DNA of 64,000 nucleotides from Candidatus Omnitrophota bacterium. Its GTDB lineage: Bacteria; Omnitrophota; Gorgyraeia; Zapsychrales; JAKLDJ01. This document shows, one piece after another, positions 18,200-28,212 of the stretch; position 1 is the stretch's first letter, and every line of letters begins with the position of its first letter. The stretch is from assembly GCA_022703585.1 (NCBI GenBank), contig JAKLDJ010000005.1, forward strand, positions 69,353 through 133,352. The letters run 5' to 3'. A program made the position numbers and the translations under genes. The notes below the pieces were generated by a model. It had not been told where the DNA came from, did no database searches, and saw only the letters and a program-made list of their open reading frames with translations.

Positions 18200-20919
18200 A
18201 GTGCAGATCGGACAAGAAATTTACGGCCAAAGAATAAATACCCGGCAATGGCACAAAAAGACAGGATACATAAAAAATAGGCAGCCAACGACAACATCAG
18301 ATACGGCACCTCGTATTTAAAAACAACGCGGTGCTCACCGGCCGGCAACAGCACCGCTTTAAAGGCGTGATTTGCTATAAAAACTTCCGTCGGCTTCCCG
18401 TCCAGGGCAGCCTTCCAGCTATTGTCGTAGGCATCACCGTAATACAATACAGCAGGGCTTTCCGTTTTGGCAAGAATTTCAACAGTATTAGGCCCATAGC
18501 GGATGACCTTGGCGTCATCGGGCGGACTCGGCCGTTTGTTCAGCATATAAATCTTTCTTGGCAGGGTCGGTTTCGAATTGTCGGATTCCAAAAACAGCCC
18601 CTTGCCTGAAACAAATTTCATCAACGTTTGACGGTCCCGGCTGGCATAAAACATTTGGCCGTCTACATCCGTCGCGAAAGGAAATTCGGGAAAGAAATAA
18701 CGCGAAACCATGTCTTCCGAATCCTTAAACTCCAGCTTAAGATGCGGCGCAAAACCTATATAAAAAAGGAGATTGTGGTAAATTCCCGGCATAGCTTCCT
18801 GAAAACTATGTTGCGGAACAGTCACGACTCCGTCGAATAGCTGAGTATGGACTGACTCTTCAATCTTCTCCGTGCCGCGGCCTCCTAGCGAAAAATATTT
18901 CCACGGCATCCGCAAACCGGAAGAAATTCTTCGAGAAACAGCATCAAGCTCTTTCGGGGACGGTGTATTCGCCCTCTCCAGCGTAAGCGTATCGTCCAGG
19001 TCTGAAATGTTCATTCCTGCCAGCTTAGAAACCGCATCGTCATCAGCCGAAAGAAGCAGGCTGTTCGCATAAATTTTAACAAGGGGAGACGTAACGCCCA
19101 GCGATAATTTCAACTTATCCGATGGCAGCGAACTAATCAGGTCGTAATAACGCCGTGACAAAAACAGCACATCGCAATGCCAGTAAGCCGGCAAGGCACT
19201 GCGCAAGTTCATCTGGTGGACAATCGAATTCGCATGAGTTCCCCCATAAGCCGCCGGCAATACTGGAGAGCGAAACGGGCGATAATCAAGCGTTAATCTT
19301 TCCCTCAGCATACGGCTATGCGCCAGCACTCCCTTGTTCTGATCGCGCCCGGCAATCAACGACCCGTAATAAAAAGTAGCGTCTAAGATAAAGACGAAAA
19401 ATAAGAATCCCAGATAGAACGTAAATAGGCGCGGCTTCTCAGCGGTTTTTCGTGCCAGGAAAAAGATGCTGACGAAACCCAAAAGAAAAAGAAGATACAG
19501 GCGTTTTATGGGGAGGTCTCCTAAGAATTCCAAATCCCTATAGCCGATACTGGCCATCATGACAAAAAGAATGGTCAGGACCAGAGCGGTTAATCCGGCG
19601 ATAAACATCCGCATTATTGCACGCGAAATCATTATCCTGCACAGGACGCGATAGTTAAGCAGCCGGCAAAAGCCAATGCAGCCGGCCGTACTGGCGAAAA
19701 TCAGAAAGGCCGGGTATAGCAATTGCCGCTGATTAAACATTTTAAGAAACGGCAATGCCGGCTCGGCAAAGACAATCAATCCGCTCGAAGACCACGTCAT
19801 CAGGAATGCGCTCATTGCTGCCGAACAAAGGTAGAGCCATAGAGCCCTGTTGCGCCCAAAGATCATGCCGAATAAAACTCCGATAACTCCTAAAAACCCA
19901 AAATAAACAGTTCCGTCCGCGATGGACCTCAGGCGATAGAAAAACGGGAACAAGCACGAACTAAATTCCCGCCCTCGCCTCATCGGAGACTCTTCCATAT
20001 TCGTCTCCATATAATCGATCGGATCTTTTTTAAAGATTGATAACGTGCGGCCGCTTCCCTTGGCTTGATGAACACGTACATAGGCAAAATTTTCGCTCTT
20101 TTGATAGTTGGCATGCGAAATAAGAGCCGGGGACAACATCGCCGCTATCATCACAAGCCCCAAGAGCCCATGCCGTATGCTGATGCGCCCAAAGAACAAC
20201 TTAAAGGATTCAACGGACTGTTTAAATCCAACTACAAATGCGCAGATTCCGATAACGCCGACAAAGATAAGAGTATAGGCAGGATTATAAATCAGCAGGC
20301 TGACACAAAACAGAAGGATAGAACCGTAAAATGCCGGAAAAAACGGGCGAGGCTTGTGAAAAGAATCCAAAAAATATTTCAATGATGCCAATAACAGCGG
20401 CCAGTAAACAACAAAAATGACCCCGTCTTGCAACAAACAAATCGCCATTGCATAATAAAGAAATGCAGCCCCCAAAAGAGCGATCGTGCTGTGACGGCAA
20501 TGCTGTTTAAGGAGCCAAAACATCCCGATAAAAATAGGAAAGTTTCTCAAAATAATCCAGGCCATATACACCTGAAAGACATTGAGCGAAAATACCTTTC
20601 CTAAGAACACCGAAACTGCGAACAAAGGCTCCAGCATCCCTCCGATCATGAACACAGGATAAAACGGAGTGCCGCAGGCCGCCATCGGGTCCCAGAGAGG
20701 GATTGTGCCGTTGAGCAGTGACGATATCGCGTAATAATACCCGTGCGCATAACCGTTATAGCAATCGCCGTTAGGAAAGAGCTTAAAGGCGAAAACGGCA
20801 TAGGGCATAGCCAAAAGGATTACGATGGAAAAGATAACTTCAAACCGGGGAGGAATATTTTTTAGCCTGTGCGAGAGGGCAAGAGCGGATTTTAAATGGT
20901 GGCGGTCGGGAGATTTCAT
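18196..20919 (-). CDS. YfhO-like polytopic membrane protein (putative GT-C glycosyltransferase)
   Basis: 907 aa. About 14 N-terminal TM segments precede a large C-terminal soluble domain. The early PLWDP motif is shared with the 28125..30344 paralogue. Confidence 0.6.
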   Translation of the reverse strand: MKSPDRHHLKSALALSHRLKNIPPRFEVIFSIVILLAMPYAVFAFKLFPNGDCYNGYAHGYYYAISSLLNGTIPLWDPMAACGTPFYPVFMIGGMLEPLFAVSVFLGKVFSLNVFQVYMAWIILRNFPIFIGMFWLLKQHCRHSTIALLGAAFLYYAMAICLLQDGVIFVVYWPLLLASLKYFLDSFHKPRPFFPAFYGSILLFCVSLLIYNPAYTLIFVGVIGICAFVVGFKQSVESFKLFFGRISIRHGLLGLVMIAAMLSPALISHANYQKSENFAYVRVHQAKGSGRTLSIFKKDPIDYMETNMEESPMRRGREFSSCLFPFFYRLRSIADGTVYFGFLGVIGVLFGMIFGRNRALWLYLCSAAMSAFLMTWSSSGLIVFAEPALPFLKMFNQRQLLYPAFLIFASTAGCIGFCRLLNYRVLCRIMISRAIMRMFIAGLTALVLTILFVMMASIGYRDLEFLGDLPIKRLYLLFLLGFVSIFFLARKTAEKPRLFTFYLGFLFFVFILDATFYYGSLIAGRDQNKGVLAHSRMLRERLTLDYRPFRSPVLPAAYGGTHANSIVHQMNLRSALPAYWHCDVLFLSRRYYDLISSLPSDKLKLSLGVTSPLVKIYANSLLLSADDDAVSKLAGMNISDLDDTLTLERANTPSPKELDAVSRRISSGLRMPWKYFSLGGRGTEKIEESVHTQLFDGVVTVPQHSFQEAMPGIYHNLLFYIGFAPHLKLEFKDSEDMVSRYFFPEFPFATDVDGQMFYASRDRQTLMKFVSGKGLFLESDNSKPTLPRKIYMLNKRPSPPDDAKVIRYGPNTVEILAKTESPAVLYYGDAYDNSWKAALDGKPTEVFIANHAFKAVLLPAGEHRVVFKYEVPYLMLSLAAYFLCILSFCAIAGYLFFGRKFLVRSAL

Positions 20920-21653
20920 GGGGTATTTTCTAAAATAAGATCAAAACGCCAGTCGACCGTTTCCGGTTCCCCAGGCCGGTAAAAAGGATTAAAGGAATCA
21001 CGAAATTGATAGCGGATATTCTGCTTATCCAGAAAACCGGCTAATTGATTTCGGTCGAACAGTTTTATCAAGGGGGATTCCTTTTCTCTGATATTTTTTC
21101 CAATCTTAAATGCGCCTTCACAATACCGTAAATAATCGCCTTTGGCATTATCGTAACGCGCCGACCCATTCCTGTCAGGCAATTGCCCCAAAAGCGCGCG
21201 GCCTCCCTTTTTTAAAACACGCACAATCTCCAAGAGAGACTGCTGGATATACCAGTCATCCTCGATATTAATAAAAACAAAATAAGACAAAACCCGGTCG
21301 ACGGATTCGGATTTCAAAGGAATCCCAGCGGCCTGGCCGCACACAAAACTTCCCCTGCCGCAAACCTCTTGGGCTAGAAATAGCATTTCCCGGGAAATAT
21401 CCACCCCAAATATCTTCTTTGCGTAAGGCCTTAGGGCGCCGGCTATCCATCCCCCGCCGCAGCCTAAATCGAGCAAGACATCCGACTTCCCGATATTTAA
21501 GCCTCGGGCGATATGGCGAGTCATCAAATCAACCTTCTCTTTCGGCCATTCGACCCCCTCAAAAATTTCCCATTTACTTAAAAGCCATTGCTTATCTTTA
21601 TAACGCCCTCGCGTACGCCGCGCCCAGTGATCAAAAATTTCTTTTAGCTCCAT
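20916..21653 (-). CDS. Class I SAM-dependent methyltransferase
   Basis: Motif I VLLDLGCGGGWIA. Confidence 0.7.
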   Translation of the reverse strand: MELKEIFDHWARRTRGRYKDKQWLLSKWEIFEGVEWPKEKVDLMTRHIARGLNIGKSDVLLDLGCGGGWIAGALRPYAKKIFGVDISREMLFLAQEVCGRGSFVCGQAAGIPLKSESVDRVLSYFVFINIEDDWYIQQSLLEIVRVLKKGGRALLGQLPDRNGSARYDNAKGDYLRYCEGAFKIGKNIREKESPLIKLFDRNQLAGFLDKQNIRYQFRDSFNPFYRPGEPETVDWRFDLILENTP

Positions 21654-21663
21654 AACTGTTCCC

Positions 21664-22698
21664 TTACGCTAAATACGGATAGATAAGATGGCTCCCTAAT
21701 TTCAGCATAAAATTCGGCATCCAGGGAAGCGTAAACGTCCGGGTCATCACTTTTAAAATTCTTTTCTGGCTGAATTTATAATCCGGCGGCGCAAAACCCA
21801 GATGGGTAATATCCAGCCGCCTCGCGCCGGTATGGTCCTTAAACATCACCAGGCCTGTTTGTTCGTAGCCGCTTGAGCCCATATCCAGGAATTCCAGATT
21901 CCGTTCTTTGGCAAATTTGATACCTTCCCACATCAAAATATTGTTCGGCCTTAGCTTCAGGCAATCACGATCGGAGGTATTGAATTTATAATACAGAGTA
22001 TTGCCGCAAATAAGAAAGACCGTCCCTCCGATAAAACGGCCGTCTTTATCAAAGGCCCCCAGGAGAACCCCCTGGCCTTGATCGACATAATCCCGCCAGA
22101 TAATGTCAAAAAACCTGTACGGCTGGGGAAAAAGACGGTATTTGTTTTTGCGTAACTTCAGATGAAGCCCGTAAAACTTCCTCAAACCGTCCTTGCCGCA
22201 TCTTTTCACCACCACCCCGGCCTTGGTTGCCTGCTTAACCGGCGAGCGGAACGAATCATGCGTTCCTTTCCAAAGCCTGTCCAAGTCCGGACGGACGTCA
22301 AGGATATGAAAACGTTCCTTGCTTAAAACCTTAAAATTCTGATTTCCCCGGACTGTCTCATCCCGCAGGTTTCTTACCGCAATCCGGTAGTGCGGGTATT
22401 GGGCACGTAACTCTTCAAAAAACAACTGCCAATCCCGGGGATCTTCTATATGGCCATCAAAGTAATCGCAGTACGAGCATACGCAGATCTTCCACTCCAG
22501 AAAATTCTTAACCACCGAGTAAACAATATAGCTGGAAATTCTTCCCTCGCGCTCAACATACATAACAAACAGCTTAAGGTCGTATGTTTTCTGTAAAACA
22601 ACCAGCCATTCGGGCGAAGAAAATAAATTGCGCTTTAATTCCGGCAGCTGCAAAGTCTCCAGCGCCTCTTTTAACAATACGGTTTTAACCACGCTCAT
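21664..22698 (-). CDS. FemAB-like / GNAT-fold (PF13480-like) acyl- or aminoacyl-transferase
   Basis: 344-aa soluble protein resembling peptidoglycan-bridge FemAB / BioF2-like GNAT proteins. Tentative. Confidence 0.5.
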   Translation of the reverse strand: MSVVKTVLLKEALETLQLPELKRNLFSSPEWLVVLQKTYDLKLFVMYVEREGRISSYIVYSVVKNFLEWKICVCSYCDYFDGHIEDPRDWQLFFEELRAQYPHYRIAVRNLRDETVRGNQNFKVLSKERFHILDVRPDLDRLWKGTHDSFRSPVKQATKAGVVVKRCGKDGLRKFYGLHLKLRKNKYRLFPQPYRFFDIIWRDYVDQGQGVLLGAFDKDGRFIGGTVFLICGNTLYYKFNTSDRDCLKLRPNNILMWEGIKFAKERNLEFLDMGSSGYEQTGLVMFKDHTGARRLDITHLGFAPPDYKFSQKRILKVMTRTFTLPWMPNFMLKLGSHLIYPYLA

Positions 22699-24482
22699 CT
22701 CTTTCTGGCGGCATTACGGGCCGCTAGCCCACGGTTAATCGTCCCGATAACGGTCTTTAAATCGTAAATCTTTAACTCCCCCAACCGGTCGCGGTCCGAC
22801 CGGTTAAGAAACCTCAGGGACTGAATCAAATTATCGTTATGCTCAAAAACAAACCGCTCCAGCATGGTACGGTTGAAGTGCGGGAATACCTTGACCGGCC
22901 GGATGTGTTTCTCGATAAAATCCAGATATTCAATCAAAGGCTTCTTAAACTTTATCTCATCGGCGGTATAAGAAACAAAGGCCTGAGGGTCAACCACCAG
23001 ATAGCGCACGCCGTCCGCATACAGCACCAATAAAACCCTGAAATCCTTGGGGCACTCAACCACCTTCTTCGAATCAGCGAACAGCCCTTGAATGCGCCAT
23101 TGCGTCGAACACGCCTGAAAATTTTTATCAGCTTGCTTCAAATATTTAACCGAAGATTCATAGTCGGATTCGGACTGAGCAATCGCCAACGATTGAACAA
23201 CGCAAAAAGCAGCCATCACACAACCCCAAATCGATAAAACAACTTTAAAGCGCGCGTTTCTATATTCTTCAAGCAGATAGTCAATCAAGGACACAACCGC
23301 CAGGACCATAAAGGGAAGCATAATGCATAAATACCGTGCCCCCTTATCTGCCGTCAAGGAAAACACTCCCATCGTAAAACAAACCATCAAAAACGGAAAA
23401 AGCCGCTTCCACTCCCTTTTAAAGAGCAGATAAATGTTTCCAAAAAACAGAAGCCCAAACAGCAAACCTTCAAAGCGGAAAATATAATACGGATACGACA
23501 GGAAATTAAAAAGCTCCAATTGTTTTTCGGCCAGCTGGGTCTGGCGATACATCCAGGCGAACGTATTAACAGTGTTCTGTCCCCGGTCAAGCCCCCCGAT
23601 GGCAAAAACCAAAAGAAGAAAAATAAGCGTGTGCCAGAGATATTTTCTAAAATTCGGCATTCTCTTTTCCGCAAGGCTGAGCAAGAATTCCGCGAAAAAG
23701 ACAAAAACCGGAATAATAATCAGGCGATAATTGGAAAAGAAAGCCATCGCCAAAAAGAAAGACGACAAAAAAGTCCGGTAGCCGAATCTTGGCGGAAACA
23801 GATAGAAGTAGAAACCGATTATAAAAATAAACGTGCAAAACCCTTCCTGAAGGGCCAGGCGTGAATACAATACGTGGCTCGGCAAAATCGCCAATAGCGC
23901 CGCGCTTAACAGCGCGGCGCGAGAGGAATTAAACCCAGATTTTATCCCGTCATCAACGGGATAAAATCTGCCTTCGGCCGCCTTGGGCGGGGTTAACCCC
24001 GCTAGTCCCGACGATAATTTTTTTACGTCGGGACGCAGCGGCCCGGCGGGCGGATTTTGCCTGCCTTGCAAGAAGCGGGGCTGGGCAAAATCCGGGTTAA
24101 AAAACCTTCGGGCAAACAGAAAAACCAGCGGAATTGTCAGTGTCCCCGCCATCGCCGAAACCAGGCGGGGAAAATACCAGTCCTCCAGCCCTCCCCAAAA
24201 AACCCGCACATGGGAGATAAAAAACCACAGGGCCTTGCCTTCGCCCAAGGCCAGCCGAAAACATAGCCCCAAAGCACCCATAAAATTATGAAAATCCTTA
24301 GGCGGGTATTTCGTGATCAATTCCAAATATTGACGGTGCAAATCCAGGTAAAGGCCTTCATCATACAGAAAAAAATTATTAGCGGTAATTCGATAAAACC
24401 GCAGCCATATCCCGAAAAGGCAGACGGCTATGCCGGCGCCGATAAATATTTTTCGTACCATCCTATCGCGTTCTTCGCTCAT
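22695..24482 (-). CDS. GT-C type membrane glycosyltransferase (ArnT/PMT GT39/GT83-like)
   Basis: 595 aa with about 11 TM segments. An N-terminal DE-containing loop (LYDEGLY) matches the typical GT-C catalytic position. Confidence 0.5.
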   Translation of the reverse strand: MSEERDRMVRKIFIGAGIAVCLFGIWLRFYRITANNFFLYDEGLYLDLHRQYLELITKYPPKDFHNFMGALGLCFRLALGEGKALWFFISHVRVFWGGLEDWYFPRLVSAMAGTLTIPLVFLFARRFFNPDFAQPRFLQGRQNPPAGPLRPDVKKLSSGLAGLTPPKAAEGRFYPVDDGIKSGFNSSRAALLSAALLAILPSHVLYSRLALQEGFCTFIFIIGFYFYLFPPRFGYRTFLSSFFLAMAFFSNYRLIIIPVFVFFAEFLLSLAEKRMPNFRKYLWHTLIFLLLVFAIGGLDRGQNTVNTFAWMYRQTQLAEKQLELFNFLSYPYYIFRFEGLLFGLLFFGNIYLLFKREWKRLFPFLMVCFTMGVFSLTADKGARYLCIMLPFMVLAVVSLIDYLLEEYRNARFKVVLSIWGCVMAAFCVVQSLAIAQSESDYESSVKYLKQADKNFQACSTQWRIQGLFADSKKVVECPKDFRVLLVLYADGVRYLVVDPQAFVSYTADEIKFKKPLIEYLDFIEKHIRPVKVFPHFNRTMLERFVFEHNDNLIQSLRFLNRSDRDRLGELKIYDLKTVIGTINRGLAARNAARKR

Positions 24483-25205
24483 TTATTTCTTGATCCCTAG
24501 TGCTAGATAGACCAGCGGCCGTAAAATACTCCACCAACCCGTTAACGGTTTCATCTTGGTATAGCCCTCGGCTTTAGGCGGATAGATCTTGGCTACCGGC
24601 ACTTCTTTAACCTTATAGCCCAACACAATCGCCTTATAGAAAACATACGGCTCCAGCTCATAACGGTCAAGCCATTGCTGTTTAAGGTCAATGCGCTTAT
24701 CTTCGAGGATGGACAGCCGGATGGCGCGAAAACCGTTGGTGCTATCGGTTATTTTCTTTCCCGTAATTAGGGAAAACAAAAGCGGATGAATGAGACGAGT
24801 CGCCACCTTTCGGTAAAACGGCATCCTGCCGTGAATACCCCCGGCGAGATAACGAGAACCCTGAACAAGGTCAAAGCCTTCCTCAATCGCGGCTTTTAAC
24901 TTTATAATGTCATCCGCCGAATCCTTGTCGTTGCCGGAAACAAAGAAAACAGACTCGTAGCCATGGGTTTTGCCGTAATCGATAATTTGCCGGGTGGCAT
25001 ACCCTGCCCCTTTATTATCGGAATTGACAATGAGCTTAACCGGAAATTTCTGCTCAATTCCCTGCAGGGAACCGTCGGTGGAGGCATCGTCAATCAAAAG
25101 GACATCATAACAGGCATAATCATTAAACTTTTGAAGAACCCGATGGATCTTTTGTCCTTCATTATAAGCGGCAATACCGACCAGATATTTCTTCATATTC
25201 AGCAC
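24483..25205 (-). CDS. GT2 polyprenyl-phosphate glycosyltransferase (ArnC/GtrB/DPM-like)
   Basis: 240 aa. VGIAAYNE and DDASTDGS (DxD region), and QGSRY, are characteristic of DPM1-like GT2 enzymes. Confidence 0.8.
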   Translation of the reverse strand: MLNMKKYLVGIAAYNEGQKIHRVLQKFNDYACYDVLLIDDASTDGSLQGIEQKFPVKLIVNSDNKGAGYATRQIIDYGKTHGYESVFFVSGNDKDSADDIIKLKAAIEEGFDLVQGSRYLAGGIHGRMPFYRKVATRLIHPLLFSLITGKKITDSTNGFRAIRLSILEDKRIDLKQQWLDRYELEPYVFYKAIVLGYKVKEVPVAKIYPPKAEGYTKMKPLTGWWSILRPLVYLALGIKK

Positions 25206-25250
25206 TTTCTTCCTTTTCTCCGCTCACACAATTACAGACCTATCCTGGGG

Positions 25251-27392
25251 CTATTTTCTCTTAAGCGCCACTAAATACTGACCCGCCTCAAACAATGAAT
25301 ACTTTTCTCTTAAATACTTAACCATAAGAGCCAGCGTCGTATGACGGGAATAATAAACCGCGGGAATTTCCCCGAAAAAAAGTTTTCTTTCGATAAAAAC
25401 AAACTCAGGCCTTTGCGTTTCCAGCTGTTCAATAGTCTTTACAAAACGTTCCATGCTGTATAAATACGTCCCCCCAAAATCTTTCATCTTTAAAGACCGC
25501 GAACTAAGAAGCGGAAAGAAATAAAAGAAAGGTTTTCTGTCCGCTGCCATTAACAGCGCAGTTTCATAACCGCTGATCAGGCATACCTTTTCCCGGGGCG
25601 AGGTTATCCGGGAAATCAGCGCCACATCCTTCTCAAACGACAGCTCCTCTTTAATAAACTTTTTATTCTGCGCAAATAAATTCTTTGCCCGGTTAAAATA
25701 ATTCGGATACACGAGAAACGCGTCCATGGTCATCACCGTAAAAACCAATCCTAAGGCCACCGCCGCCAACACCCCGCGCCTTACATCGAGGCGGACATGT
25801 CTTAGGCCGACGTCCAGCCAATAGCACAGGATTAAGACAAAAGGAATGCCCGCCCCGTAATAATTCGCCAAAACAGAGCGACAGATATAGTGATGGTAGA
25901 GGCAAAGCCCGTAGATTCCCAAGGTAATAACAAAAATATTCTCCGCGGAAATTTTCTTCTTAAAACACAGCCCGCCGATAAAGACAACCGTAAAAAGGTA
26001 AACCAAAGGAATACCCAAGCCTATAAAGAAATTAAGAAAACGTCTGGCCAAAAGGTTGTCATAGATCGGCAAAGCACCCAGACCCTGCAAGAAACCTTGA
26101 ATGAACTCTCCTCTATTTTTCCAAAATATCGGCGCCCATAAACTCTGGCCGGTTAAGAGCCAGAGCAACCCCAACGATACTCCTATGGGAATAATAAAAA
26201 GCATGAGCGTCCAAAGAATACTTTTACGGTTCCCGCAAAACTTCTCACGGCACTGCGGAATCAACCACAGCAAAATAAGATATGTGTAGAGAGCAGCTAG
26301 CTGATAAGTACCCGTATCATTCATATATAACAAAGACAAACCCGTTATCAACGCCGCCCCAAAAAGATATCTCTTGGCCGCATGCCTCACGTGCCCCAAG
26401 AGCAGTAAAAGGAAAGCAATGTCAAAAATATACCTTAACACCGTCCCGCTGGGGGTCCGCCACACAAACGGATCGGCACCTTCGTTAAAAATCTGAAACT
26501 TAATCATCAAAGCAACCCCGATAAACGAAATCAACACGTCTTTTAACCAGACCCGCAGCAGGACATAGCTCAAAATATAGTAAAGAATCGAGCATAATAT
26601 CATAATTAAAAGAACATGCTCGTAAGTAAAACTCCCCCATAATTTACAAATAGCGCTGACAAGTATAGGAAGCCCCATGCCGTATTGCGTAATCACATCT
26701 ATGTAAAAAATACACCCCTTAGCAAATGCCCAGGCCGGAGCCATAATAAAACTATCAAAATGCAAGAAACCGTCAGCCGCAAACATTGCCGCCACCGCCC
26801 CCTCCCGGTCGGGGATAAAGATAACCAGAAAAATAAGCACCGGGATCAACAAATCACAGGCCCTCGTCACCCACGAGATTTTTCCGTTGCCGCTCCCCGG
26901 GCGTAAAAAGAATCGTTGGATCAAAATGTCTATTTTAAACCAAAATATTTTTACGACAGCGGCCAACCCGAGTGAAAAACAAAATAGATAGCGGAAGAAG
27001 TCCGCACCCCTAAAGATAATCATCTTGAACGCTACCAGCGACATAAGCCCTACCAGCAACGTCTCAACCACGGCAAAGCGAACCAGTACTCCTGAAAACT
27101 TACCACCCGCCAACCGTTTCTTAAAAATCAACAAAACCAGCGCCTGAATAAACAACACTGACACAATAAATACCCGATACAGCAGCATCTCTCTTTCCGG
27201 CCGAAGAAGTCCCATGGCCTCGGGGAAAAAAGACCCGTAGGGATTAATCGGCATGGGGGAAAAACTGGAGATAAGCCCGGCAACAAATAGGATCTGCACG
27301 CCCTCTAAGATAGAAACTAAAGACAACAGCGCGATATTAATAAAAGTAAAATCGGATACGGTTTCGTTTGAGCCCTTGCTATTCATAAGCAA
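25251..27392 (-). CDS. Large polytopic membrane protein (glycan polymerase / GT-C-like?)
   Basis: 713 aa with more than 15 predicted TM helices and no soluble domain I recognise. Confidence 0.55.
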   Translation of the reverse strand: MLMNSKGSNETVSDFTFINIALLSLVSILEGVQILFVAGLISSFSPMPINPYGSFFPEAMGLLRPEREMLLYRVFIVSVLFIQALVLLIFKKRLAGGKFSGVLVRFAVVETLLVGLMSLVAFKMIIFRGADFFRYLFCFSLGLAAVVKIFWFKIDILIQRFFLRPGSGNGKISWVTRACDLLIPVLIFLVIFIPDREGAVAAMFAADGFLHFDSFIMAPAWAFAKGCIFYIDVITQYGMGLPILVSAICKLWGSFTYEHVLLIMILCSILYYILSYVLLRVWLKDVLISFIGVALMIKFQIFNEGADPFVWRTPSGTVLRYIFDIAFLLLLLGHVRHAAKRYLFGAALITGLSLLYMNDTGTYQLAALYTYLILLWLIPQCREKFCGNRKSILWTLMLFIIPIGVSLGLLWLLTGQSLWAPIFWKNRGEFIQGFLQGLGALPIYDNLLARRFLNFFIGLGIPLVYLFTVVFIGGLCFKKKISAENIFVITLGIYGLCLYHHYICRSVLANYYGAGIPFVLILCYWLDVGLRHVRLDVRRGVLAAVALGLVFTVMTMDAFLVYPNYFNRAKNLFAQNKKFIKEELSFEKDVALISRITSPREKVCLISGYETALLMAADRKPFFYFFPLLSSRSLKMKDFGGTYLYSMERFVKTIEQLETQRPEFVFIERKLFFGEIPAVYYSRHTTLALMVKYLREKYSLFEAGQYLVALKRK

Positions 27393-28212
27393 CCTTATCG
27401 GTTAAAAAATAGTTAAAATGCAGTGTTGCCTTGGCCCTAGCCTTAAGGCCCTGCGCTAAAGACAGATTAGTGGCGCGGAATATCGGATTCTGGGGATACA
27501 ATTTTTCTCCCTCAAACGCTACCCGTCTCATGGCCGCGTAATCTTTAAGATTAAAATAAGAACTTACTAATCCCGCATAGGCCTGTTCCCGGTCACTGCG
27601 GGCCCGAAGGGCAAACTGGGCGAATATCCGGGCTCCCTCCTTTATCCCGCGTTCGTTAAGCGTCTTTACTAGATTCAGATAAGACCTTTCAGCCCGAGGG
27701 ATCAGAGTAAGACAATCACCGAAAAAACCAACCGCCTGTTTAAACTCTTTTTTCTCGAGACAAATCATCCCTAAATCGCAATGAAAAGAATACAAATTAG
27801 GCTGGATTTCTACCGCCCTAAGATACGCCTTCATGGCCTTTTGGTAATCACCTAAATAGAAATAACAAAACCCAAGATTCGCATGCGCATACGCGCTGAA
27901 AGGAGAAATCCGCAAAAGCTCCTTATAATAACGCACACCTTCACGCAATGCGGATGTCTTAAATTCTTCTTTTCTTTGCGCAAATTTCTCCAGGTCCACC
28001 TCGACCCCTTTTAGATTATTGATATAGTTTAAAACCGCCGTATCCCGATCGACCGCCGCAAACCCGACGGCGCCCAGAACGAGATAAAGCATCCACATGC
28101 GCCATTTTAAAAGAAACGCAAGTTTCACGTCTTTATCCCTCCTCGGCAAAGCTGAAATACCGTAAACGCAAAGAAAGCCAAAAAGAAGAAAAACAAAGAG
28201 AAATAAAGCCAT
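27379..28212 (-). CDS. TPR-repeat protein with N-terminal membrane anchor
   Basis: 277 aa. TPR-like repeats (AYAHANLGFCYFYLGDYQKAMKAYLRAVEIQP...). Confidence 0.7.
   Translation of the reverse strand: MALFLFVFLLFGFLCVYGISALPRRDKDVKLAFLLKWRMWMLYLVLGAVGFAAVDRDTAVLNYINNLKGVEVDLEKFAQRKEEFKTSALREGVRYYKELLRISPFSAYAHANLGFCYFYLGDYQKAMKAYLRAVEIQPNLYSFHCDLGMICLEKKEFKQAVGFFGDCLTLIPRAERSYLNLVKTLNERGIKEGARIFAQFALRARSDREQAYAGLVSSYFNLKDYAAMRRVAFEGEKLYPQNPIFRATNLSLAQGLKARAKATLHFNYFLTDKVAYE

Noticed and set aside
20065-20385. 106-aa plus-strand ORF rich in K/R/Q
   Set aside because: It is antisense to the YfhO-like membrane gene. Its low-complexity basic composition is typical of reverse-strand translation of hydrophobic coding DNA.
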